Shown: positions 12,548-23,635 of the stretch, piece by piece | Layout of the letters: each line of letters opens with the position of its first letter | How positions within the stretch are numbered: the stretch's first letter is position 1 | Assembly (NCBI GenBank): GCA_977030845.1 | Contig: OZ365112.1 | Coordinates: 25,854,001 to 25,918,000 of the forward strand | Direction: 5' to 3' | Source: Fimbriosthenelais zetlandica | Taxonomy: Eukaryota | Length of the DNA stretch: 64,000 bases | Translations under genes and position numbers: made by a program | The notes under the pieces: model-generated | What the model was told of the DNA's origin: nothing | Seen by the model: the letters and a program-made list of their open reading frames with translations, nothing else | Database searches by the model: none

Positions 12548-13697
12548 GGTAATGACGAGGAAACTTGGTGGCAATTGGGGAATTTGGTGGCACCCCCAAA
12601 TAACCACATATTTTCCACGTGTTTTGGTGACGTGGTAATGCCCACGTGAATGTCACATATTTTACATGTGAAAATACCCACGTGGGAAACTTGCCACATG
12701 TTTTCCACATGGTTTTCGTCACGTGTAATGTGGGAATGATATTCACGTGGATATGACATGGTATTTTGGTGAAAGTAACCATGTGGCATCTGGCCACATG
12801 CTGTCCACGTGATTTTGCTCACGTGTATTTTATGGGGGGAACTGATGTGGATGTCATGTGATAGTTGTCACGTGGTGAACTTGCCACGTGATATCCATGT
12901 GTTGTTGGTGACAAAAATATTGGGGAATTACATACACGTGGATATCACATGGGTTTAACATTAAAGTAGCCACGTGGATTTTGACCATGTGTTTTCTATG
13001 TGGTTTATGTCACGTAGATATTATAGGGGGGATGTGACGTAAATATCATGTCTTTTTAGTAAAAAATACCCACATGGCAAATTGCCACATGTTTTCCATG
13101 TGGTTTTGGTGACATGGGTTTTAGGAGGACAAAGTGACGTGGATATCATGTGGCTCAAAGGTGGAACCAGCCTCGTGGCAAATTGCCACATGTTTTCCAT
13201 GTGGTTTTGGTGACATGGGTTTTAGGAGGACAAAGTGACGTGGATATCATGTGGCTCAAAGGTGGAACCAGCCTCGTGGCAAATTGCCACATGTTTTCCA
13301 TGTGGTTTTGGTGACATGGGTTTTAGGAGGACAAAGTGATGTGAATATCACGTGGTTCAAAGGTGGAAGCAGCCTCGTGGCAAACTGGCCACATGTATTT
13401 CACGTGGTGTTGGAGACATAGGTTTTCAGGGGAGAAAGTGACATGGTTATCATGTGGTTCTGAGGTGGAAGCAGCCTCATGGCAAACTGCCATGTGTTTT
13501 TCCTGTGGTTTTGGTGACATGGATTTTTTTGGAAAAAAGTGTAGTAGAGATCACGTGGTTCAAATGTGGAAGCTACCTCGTGGCAAACTGGCTATGTGTT
13601 TGCCACATGGTGTTGGCTATGTGTATTTTACTGGAGAAAATCACGTGGTTATCACATGGTTTGAAGATGGAAGTTTAACACATGGAAAACTGGGCAC
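12548..13697. repeat. Left subterminal array, ~101-bp unit rich in CACGTG/CACATG/CATGTG
   Basis: Units start TGGCAAATTGCCACATG at 13075, 13176 and 13277 (period 101; the first two are identical). Diverged copies continue to ~13697 and degenerate ones reach back toward the TIR. I counted 16 CACGTG by eye in 12544-13650. Confidence 0.9.
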
Positions 13698-16600
13698 TTT
13701 TAAACAACCAACTCTAAACAATTATAATATGAACAACAGGGCACTAAATTAGAGAAGGGACGCTTTCATCTATTGACAAGTCGTTGTTTAAGGAAGTGAA
13801 AGAAGTTATACAAATGTACCTGAATGGTGGGGAGCTGTACAATATATATATAGTATATACACCCACCATATAGACATATCTATCTATATGTCTTTAACAC
13901 TAACCTAACAAAAGTTTTCCATGCAGGCTTATGCATGGGAAATGATCTAAATTTTGGTAGGTGTGTGTGTACATGTACATACATGTATTACGACTTGTCT
14001 CCCTCAAGAATGATAACTAATATTTGATCTCATATGGTGTATCTTGTGAAATTTTGATGGCATTATGCAAAACATAAATTCAAATTTAAGTAATTATGAA
14101 TGAATATTCCGACTATAGTGTGGAATAGTTGGTCATAAGAAGAGAATCAGAACACCAGATATCAAAATTAACTTTAAACCCTTTTCACTGATCGACTTGC
14201 CCAGGTCCACCTTTTTGTTTTTCTTTTTGATGTTGAATCATAACATTAACAATATAATGAATGCATTGATGTTGAATAATAACAATATAATGCATTTGCC
14301 TACCTACACGAAAAACAATGAAATAATATGCTATTACTAGGTTTGAGTTTGTTATATAGAAACGAATGTAAAGAGTGGGTTCTGTCATTGGGTTGAATTG
14401 TTAGTTTTGAAAGATATAATATTATTAATTGATCATATAGGCGGGGCAGGTCATTTGATTTACAATTGGAATTTATAGAGTATTAGGGGACTGGAGGTAT
14501 CTATCTACTCTTACAGTGTAGAAATAAAGCTATACCTACAAAAATATGATAAAGAATAACTAGCAATGGCAAGTCTATGTTTGGTATCGAGATCCATGCA
14601 GTAGGTAAGGGTCAAGGGGAAAGAGATGAGGTAACCCTGCTGTGTGGAGTAAGTCGGGTGTGGGGAGGTATCTAGGTTGTAGGAGGCTGCGTATATATGA
14701 ACCAGTGAACTTCCATGACCTCTCAGACCATGAAAAAGGCGCGTTAATCTTTAAGGAAAGACCTCTCACAATCTTCCACCTAAATATTATCGTTATTTAT
14801 TATATGTGTACTTACTACAAATAATTAACTATATGAAATCTACCTACACCTGCCCAATGTACGAGGTAGTGGATTTTATTATCTTTCAGTCCAATCAAAC
14901 ATATACTACCTTTGCATTATGAATCTCTTTATAGTATTTCTCCATATATTGTTAACCAAAAGATAATGAATTGAGAAATTGATGGAAAATAAAAGGCAAC
15001 ATATGTGTTTGAGTGACCCCATGTGGGTAAAATATGCGCCTTCATGCATTGTGTGGAAATATATTAGAAAATGTTGTATTCTTATATTTCCTTCAGCCTT
15101 CACAAACGAATATTATTCTTAAACGCATTCTACAGATATATATTTTTGCACTGTGATCAGATACCGACCTGACATGCAAGATACGCTCACAAATCGGACC
15201 AGATCTGATCTGGCTGATCACATAAACAATATATTATATACAGATCGATGAGAGATCTGTGTTAAATAGCATGTGTTTGGCTAAAATCCCTCAGAATAAT
15301 TAATCCACGAACTTGCAATAAGTAGACCCCATCATTTTCATTCTTAGACAACTTATTATTCAGCACATCAGAAATTTCTCTTATATAAATCATTAATTAT
15401 TAGTCATTTTCATGTAGTATTACTGGGAAATATACCTCCGATATCGCTTAAGATTATAATATTCTTTATTCTGATGACTTGGATCTGATGGATTTGTCCT
15501 ATTGTTTCACTGATAATTTAAGTCAACATATAGCTGTGTAATTATAATTTCTGTGCATTTGGATTTAATAAATTAAATGATACTAATGGCGCCTCTCCTT
15601 GAAAACTTCCTGAGATTTCTTGGATGTGGCCATGAAGACTATAGTGTACTATAACAATCCAATAATATTTTGAACCTGGCTGCAGTTTAGGCGGACATCC
15701 TAAAACATGAACTTTCAATTTATACCTAAAAATGTAATAGACCTGATTGTTCCATGGGTCGAACTTTTTGGTACAAGTACTTTACATATATGTGGATTTA
15801 AATTATTGTTTCCAAGTGTCAAAATCGGCTTTTATTTCTCTTCAAAAGAGTTATAAAGTAGGATATCATTATGACAGTATATACTATTTTGAGCATCGTG
15901 TCCTTTGATATCCAGTCCATTAATGTTTCAATAACGATTCTATAGGCAAAGGGCATAAACTTTGATATGAATAAATACATTTTATTTAAATTAACATTCA
16001 TAATAACTTATATTTAAATGGAACCTATGGAGTTTCATAGTATTCTCAGGAGTCAACTTGCCAAAGTATCTTAATTTTCCCATAACTTGTAGTAATCTTA
16101 TAGAAACTATGGAAGTTTTCGATTTACTCAGCAGTAGACTTGGCTAGGTCAGTTTCTTTCAATCTTCTTTCATGTCTAAATATAAAATAGATACCTGGTA
16201 GGTTTATTTCAACTTCAACACTTCGAGTCCAACTGACCAATAAATAAAATCAAGTCCTTTACCGACATGTACTGGGGGGAAATGCCGTGTTGGTGATGTT
16301 AATCAATGAGCATGATATTATGATGTCATTGGGAGGAGGGGACTGGAGTAGGGAAGGATGAGGGCACGTCTACTTAGGACTGGAGGAGGGAAGGAAGCGG
16401 GCATGCGGCGGGGGCAATAAAATAAACCGTTGAACTTATTAACCTACACCTGACCTGGAGGGAGCGTGGTGGTGTTATAGCTAGGGTCAAAAAGTCACAA
16501 TTCACTGGAAATGTCTAGACCGGAAAAGCCCATATGTGCCTACAGAGGTAGGATGTCAGTTGAAGATTTGAACTCGAGCAGTGCAGAGGTGCACAGAGCG

Positions 16601-17930
16601 AATGTGTAAGTATAAGCTTTATATACTATTATCTTTTTGATTTGTTGGAAGATCCATCTGGTTAAGAATACATGTATATGTAGCCTTTCATTAAAAAGAA
16701 TAATCAAGCATTATTTAATTTGTCTATAACATACTGATATTGCACTCTTCACTAAAATACCACTTCGTTTTTGAGGGCCCTACATTGAAGCTACATGTAT
16801 TATAATGCAAACCTTTACTGATATTTCAGATGCATATATATTAAATAGTCCGCACATGAGGAATTCATATACACTCGGCCAACAAAGTCATGGACAGGTA
16901 TGATTATTATTTTACTGTAATTATCAATTTATGTCACCGTTTTGGAAACTAAAAAGCACATTGTTGATTTATAGAATCAATACAAGTTTATAATGAATCA
17001 GATATTCCATACCTTGCCTTCAGATCTCGTATACTAATCAAATTTTGTAAGATATTAAACCGTATATATTTGTTTCTTTTTACCCAGCAAATTAATTATA
17101 TTTGTCTTTTCTAACTAGTTGAAGACCAACGCCCTACGGTAATGGGTCAGCTGAATATGAAGGGGCTAAACCCAGCGTGAAACTGGTCTTTGAATGGCAC
17201 TGTCTACTCCCATCATAGGTGTGTATGAATTATTATGGCCGACATATATAAACGGGTGGAGGAAGAGGACCCCGGGGAGGTGGGTGGGGGTAGGGAGAGT
17301 GAACTGTGGCGGGCATCACCCCCATACCAATTTTATCATTTAATGTCAGGTTTATCATCTAATTTCATTGAAAACGAAAAACATTGGGGTACGCTAATAG
17401 ACATGTATCTATAGGAGTTTAAGATTGATCCACATTTGCATGAAAGGCCCGTTACTGCCTGTTGTAACACCCACCTAACCTTCCCCGCCTATTGGTCCAC
17501 TGGGTCAGGGGGCTTGGCCCCGTCAGCCAACCAGAGCACAGTAAACTATAAACAGATGCGAGTAGCTGGGACGCTGACCCCGTCTTGACCTGATAAGCCC
17601 CGCCTGGGTGTTTCCCTCATCCCGCGCCCTCATCCCTAGTCTCTTCCACCCCATCTCTGCCTCCCTCGTCTCACTCAAATTTTGTTAGCCCAAAAAGTAA
17701 AGATCAAAATACACACTTAACAAATACCACGATAGGCGTCTATAATTATTGTTTGCTACACTGCGACAAAGGAAAGAAACGAGTTCATGGACTGGTTTCA
17801 TAATGTAGTGGGATGCATGTTTCCTCAATGACACCTTTGGCGCCTTTGTTAACTTGAGCAAACACATAATATATATTAATACCTGAGTGATATATAAACC
17901 GATCGATTATATGAGATTTTGCTGACTGTT

Positions 17931-17954
17931 AATCAATCAATCAATCAATCAATC
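17931..17954 (+). repeat. (AATC)6 microsatellite
   Basis: AATCAATCAATCAATCAATCAATC read directly. Confidence 0.95.
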
Positions 17955-18406
17955 ACTTTTTTATATCAAAAAGATATTGTACATCTTCCTTTTGTGATCA
18001 ATTCAGCCAGAATATGTCTAATCATCGCTGTCTTAATATTTTACATGTTCATACAGTAATATTACTATAATTCAATTTTATTCATTTCAGAGTGTGATGA
18101 AAACTTGCCCAAAGACAATGTTGATGGCCTGAGCTTAAAAGACTACACATGGGGCCATAGGAATAGATAGAGACTACCGTTTGAATGGAGCAGATATCAA
18201 TTTCTTAAATATTTATTGTTCTAAATATTGTGTTCTAAATATTGTGGAGCTATCAGCACGTTAGAATATAAGTGACAATGCATGGTATCATAATGAAGGT
18301 GCATGTGAGTGTAAAATTGTGGACAGAATGGAAATGTATTCATGTATATCTTCCTATGTTATTAAAAGAAATAAACATTAAAAACAACTTTCTATTGTCT
18401 GCCTAT

Positions 18407-18981
18407 ATGGATCAAATCCATGTGATTTTGACCACGTGAAATCCACGTGGGAGGAATCATGTGTATTTAGCTTGCATATATACCACCAAAATAACATGTG
18501 GCCAGACCACATGGATTCCACGTGATTTTGCTCACGTGATATCTATGGAGAAAGATTTATGGGAATTTAATGAAACATAGACCACCAAAATATCTCGTGA
18601 TTTCCATGTGGCCAAAATCCTGAAAATCCACGTGAATTGGACCATGTGATCTCCATGTGGTCAAGAACCTTTGGATTCCACATGATTTTGGCCACATGAT
18701 TTCAACATAGAAAAATTCACGTCTATTTGATTTGCATATACCACCAACATTTCTCGTGATTTTCATGTGTCAAGACCACATGAACACCACATAGGTTTGG
18801 CCACGTCATTCGAACCCAGCCAAAACACGTGGATAATATGTGGTTTTACAATGTGATTTTCACATGACTTGGCCACGTATTTTCCACGTGACAAAATCCA
18901 CGTCTATTTGATTTGCATATACCACCAAAAAGGTAACGTGATTTTCCCTTCACCAATCAACGTGTATACCACGTGATTTAT
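18407..18981. repeat. Right subterminal array of CACGTG/CACATG motifs
   Basis: Dense CCACGTG/CCACATG/CATGTG motifs (at least 8 CACGTG). The 30-bp CACGTCTATTTGATTTGCATATACCACCAA is repeated exactly at 18718 and 18899. Confidence 0.88.
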
Positions 18982-19000
18982 ACGTGCTGTGCCTGCTGGG
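18982..19000 (-). repeat. Right terminal inverted repeat of the EnSpm-like element
   Basis: Reverse complement CCCAGCAGGCACAGCACGT has one mismatch to the left TIR and is followed by the GC TSD. Confidence 0.88.
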
Positions 19001-22000
19001 GCAGCTTTGCGGTGATGCCTCGATCTTGGTTATTGAGTGCTATATCCCGTGCCAAGTGACTTTGTTATGTGCTTGCCATACATGTCGATCCCCAGGCGAC
19101 AAGATTCCTGAAAGGATTCCCCTCTGGGGCCTTTCAATGACATAACATCCAATATATCATGACATTTCAATTGGAGTATACAAATACCGATTGACAATGT
19201 CACTTTTTGCACAATGTTCCAGCCTTTTACGATGGGTAAAGTTTTATATGGGGATGGGGTGCGTATGAAAGAAGAACACCATTTGTTTACCCTGCTGTAT
19301 TAAGGTGGTTTAGTTCATATTTGTAGCTGCAACCTTACGTGTCAATACCAAAAGGAAGAACACCTGCCAAACAAGTAAGGGCTTTACGGAGTTTAGGTAT
19401 GTTTTCCAAACCTGTCAGGACGCTCTGACTCCCAGGGGTACATCCACACCAGCAAATCTACCAACAAAAGGCAGCATCTTTCAATGAAACGCCCCAAAAC
19501 TGATGTAATTTGTTCAGAAAAAACTCAGTGTATGTGTGCTGGTACCATTCTATGTCAAGTAGTACGCAGTTTTTACCCCCGTCCCCGATTATATGTCGGT
19601 TGGCATCTTAATGGAGCTAAAGTATGCTAGCAGAACAAATTAGCTCTTACAAAATACCTCACATATATAATACTACTCCATCTGTAACTGTTAGTCTTTG
19701 ATTTATCAACACTATACGGGATCCAATAGATGGATGTGATGGCCTTTTTAAATACTTTATACTCCAATAGCCCCCCACAAAAATCACTTCACTCCCAATA
19801 AACGAAAGCCAGGAGTAGGAAATTGTTTCCTTCACCTTTTTAAGGACAGTTTTTTCGTACTTCTACGATATATTGTTACTTTCTTGCTCGGTATATAAAC
19901 TAAGTGGGTAGTATAGTACTTTCTCACTTTTTGGACCTTGGATTACCTCTTCCAGTTGTTAAGAGTTAAAGCATTTTGATTCTCATCCTTTTAGGGAGAC
20001 ATTTGTATCCATGGCATCTAGTGATTATGTGCCTAGACCGTGTGATTGCTGGCTCGTCTCTGATCCATTTAATGATAAGGATTTAAACGTACGAGTGTCA
20101 GCCCTGATGTCGGGGTAGTTAGCAGTTGGTCGCCAGCCAGAGGCTAATTGGTGATATCAGTATTGTTTGAAACCAACTGCAGCTTTCCTGTCAACCGTGA
20201 TGTAATCGAGAAACAGTTGTCACGATTCAAAACCTTCTATTTGAGATTCAAAGGTAAACTATCTGAAACTGCAGCAATAAGAGAATAGGATTAATATAAT
20301 GATTTTGCAATTTATTGATCAGATTCCTGTTAAGAAAATTCTAGATACTTGTGTGTATCATTTGGGCGTGCCTCTGGCTCATGCTCTCGTTTATTCAATA
20401 TTATAGTATTGAGTCCGGGTGGCTATGATGGGCCTTTCCCACTGGTTTTTTGCTAAAGATTGATATCCAAAGACGAGTGGGTGTTAAGTCTAATGTATAC
20501 AAGATGACCATGTCCGGGGGAGTGCCAGACTTTCTCGTCGATACATCTCTCGTGTACCTAGTGTTTAGCGGGTATAAGCCCTGATACCATCGACCTCCCC
20601 TCCTATATGCCGACATCCCCTCTAGGAACAATAACATGACAAAAGATCCAATATTTTCTCACTCCCACCACCCTTATTGACACAGAGAGAAAGTCCAAAA
20701 AAACTCTTGACTAAATCTCGATCCTGATCTTCTTGTGAGGTACTTTTTTCTCTGCACGTGCGAAAACATGGTAAGGTCGAAGAGGTTGTATCCGGTTTTG
20801 AGATTTTGAGAGCTTCTTTGAGTTGACTGGGTTATTTAGGTTGGGAAGGCTATGTTCATATCTAGATGGCCTAGATAGCCCCCTCTGGTACCCCGGCAGA
20901 GGGGTTAATCCAGATCAGGGTTAGGATTAGAGTACAACAATGAGATTAAGAGGTGAGGAGGTCTGGGAGAGGCAGAGCATACCTGAGTGGTGAGGTAGAG
21001 CCAGGAGGCTGACCCCGGTCCATACATCATTGTCAGGCTGTCAGCCTGCACTGCTTGGAAGGAGATCAGCATGGATCCAACCCCTGGCCTGCCTGCCACA
21101 CCCGCCCCAGCCCAAAGATGTGCCCGCGTCTAATGAAAAGCTCATTATTTGCTTTTTATGATCTGTTTGTCTCAAAGGTCTGTATTGCTGGCCGGAGTCT
21201 CTGGCCGAGTGGCTTTCCTTGTAAGGGATACAGTGATTAGAAAGTCATTGCTTATAGCTGCGCTTGCCACGTCATGGATGCCACTTACGTCGTGCTTGAA
21301 AGCTATTCAGGAGCGGTACCATTGCAAGAGGCGGGGAAAATGTATATGGCCGGGGAATGGGAGAGACGTAAGGCGAATAGTCTTGGAAATGAAGATAAAT
21401 CATTGCGAATTGGCAAGAGAAGCAGGCTTCAGGGAAACATGATCAGCAAAAGCAGATTTGCCAAATGTGGAATATATGTATCGGTTTATATTCCCATCTT
21501 TTTTCACAGCTGGCCCTTCCATGCTATGTATTCAAGGCAACTCAAAGACTCTGTTCGAGTTTCTGATGCACGTTTGCTGTCTGGGATCAAAATGCCATGA
21601 AGATGTGAAATATAACTCACTGTCTCACATTTGCCACCAATTTATCTTAATATATAAATAAAAACTGATAGGAATCTACTACTATGTCTATTCTAAGTGC
21701 CCATGAAGATCCCATTGGTTCTATAGCCTTATAGTCATTCCTATTAATATACCTAAGAGGGCTGCATTTTGAAGACTGAGCTCGTTAGCTTGGGTATTTA
21801 TTGAAATTAAAGAGCCTCGATCTATAGCCAGTTTACAGCAAGACTCCTCAGTCATCATGTAAAAAGGGGGCAGCTCTCAGTTCGTGATATGCAGAAAGGG
21901 CCTTTCCTCGCTCACCATTGTGAACGCCCGTCTCCAATTTCCAGCCAAGTTCAATCACTCAGCGGAATCTCTGGCTTTCTATGTTGGCAACTTTCAGCGG

Positions 22001-22170
22001 TAATTCTATAGCATGCATTTCATACAGATATGGCCAGCCTCCAATGCCTCGAAGAATATAGCTTTCACTTCCCCTGTCGCTTTGCAAGTTTAGCATTGTG
22101 GAGATTGGACAATGGGTCTGAACTAAGACATGGCTGCATGTGCAGCCACCTGTGCCTGTAGTGGGGGTGG

Positions 22171-22185
22171 GTGTGTGTGTGTGTG
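22171..22185 (+). repeat. Short (GT)n microsatellite
   Basis: GTGTGTGTGTGTGTG read directly. Confidence 0.9.
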
Positions 22186-23419
22186 AGAAGACTGACTGTC
22201 TGTGTACTTCTCGGATAACAAGTTGATCCCTGGCTTACGGATAAGTCTGTTTCACTCATGTGGCAAGTTTCTAGGTGCTGGATATGTCCTGAATATTATC
22301 AGTAAAATGATTTTTATATTTACCAAAATCACTTATATGAAAGTCAGTTTCGTTCAAGGCTTGTGGCTTGAGGCCATTGTTGTATGATGCATGAATAGTC
22401 ATCTAACCATAACTTCTCTTTGCTTCACTGCATCGTTACTTGTCCTTATTGACTGCCAGGCCATCATACCCCTATCAGGTCATCAGGGGTTGAACATGTT
22501 AGTGAAACCTGCCCCTTGAAAAGTTTGACCCCTGCACAAATGACACCTGCCATGATGGCTAAGGATCGAGCCGACCACCCAGGTAGGCTGACTGCCTGTC
22601 CTCATCCCTGTTCTCTTATCAGAATCACTATATTTATCCCCCATTATGTCTCTTATACCAGCGCCAACCTATAAAGTTCTATACCCCCATTCATGTGCTA
22701 GTTTATTCACGAAAATCCATGTATAAAACCTTCCCTTTAAATGCCGAAAACCCTACTTTAATGTCGCTAATCTTACAGGGGAGGATTTACGAAGATGAGA
22801 CCCAGAGTCGGAGCATGTATGGCCGGGGGTCCTTTCATAAGAAATAAGGCACACAGTTTTCACATAGATTACTATACAATATCATGTTGCACATCTCGCC
22901 CATATGTCTTATGGGCAGCCCCCACCCACTGCCTCCCCTGATTTCTTCAATAATCCAGGTCATGTTGCCAAGGTGGGCTTACAGGGAAAGGAGGTTAGGT
23001 GTATATTTGGCCTTGTCATTGAGGTAGCATTGACTGGCCACTGGCAGAATGGTCTGAAATTTGATCCGCTCACTTGATGTCAAGTCCTTCGGCAAATTAC
23101 TGTGTGATGAAGCTCAGTTTGTGAGTAGTGATTCGCTGACAGTCGTGTTTACCCGCTGATTTATGTTGCCTTGGCGACACATTGTTATCACCTGAGTTGC
23201 CAAGGGACAGCTTCCCGTTCTTTAACAGGGAGTCTTATCTATCCAATTACCCGAGTAATTCACCTCTTTATATCATAGTTCCCAATGCAGTCATCCTTCT
23301 ATTAGCTTCATTCACTAAAAATAGACTACATCATTTCAATACCTCGATCAGTACGGCCCCAAATTAGGACATGTAGCATCTATAATTAAACTATGTTGTT
23401 TTTAGAATTTAGAACGGTA

Positions 23420-23635
23420 TACTTCGTGTATTTGAGAGGTATAATTATTTTGTAAATGAATGGATTTGAGAGGCATACTTCGTAAATGGTCGACTTGATT
23501 TGAGAGCTATATTTTTAAATGACTGTATTTGGGAGTTGACTTTCATTTGCATTTTGAGAGGCATGGTTCTTAACTGACTGGATTGGAGAGTCATATAGTT
23601 GGTAAATGCGCGGATCTGAGAGCTATACCTCGTCA
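23420..23635. repeat. Degenerate ~25-34-bp minisatellite, about 7 copies
   Basis: Core ATTTGAGAG or a variant at 23430, 23464, 23498, 23527, 23551, 23582 and 23614, often followed by GCATAC/GCTATA...GTAAATG. Confidence 0.7.

Larger units (their letters stand above)
12529..19000. mobile_element. Non-autonomous EnSpm/CACTA (CMC superfamily)-like DNA transposon, 6,472 bp, both ends intact
   Basis: Left end CCCAGCGGGCACAGCACGT (12529-12547) vs right end ACGTGCTGTGCCTGCTGGG (18982-19000): 18/19 inverted match. GC flanks both sides (12527-12528, 19001-19002), a 2-bp TSD. Both ends carry long arrays of short subterminal motifs. CCC termini, a 2-bp TSD and subterminal repeats fit animal EnSpm-type elements. 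I found no transposase ORF inside. Confidence 0.85.

Noticed and set aside
13075-13697. CRISPR-like array interpretation of the 101-bp repeats
   Set aside because: The units are head-to-tail with no unique spacers, there are no cas genes, and the context is a eukaryotic transposon end.
12433-13752. ORFs of 64-129 aa over the subterminal array
   Set aside because: They are translations of the CAYRTG repeats (H/V/T/W-rich periodic peptides).
20401-20637. PDMVIL resembling the PD motif of retrotransposon restriction-like endonucleases
   Set aside because: The downstream (D/E)xK-type motif and spacing are absent; match too short.
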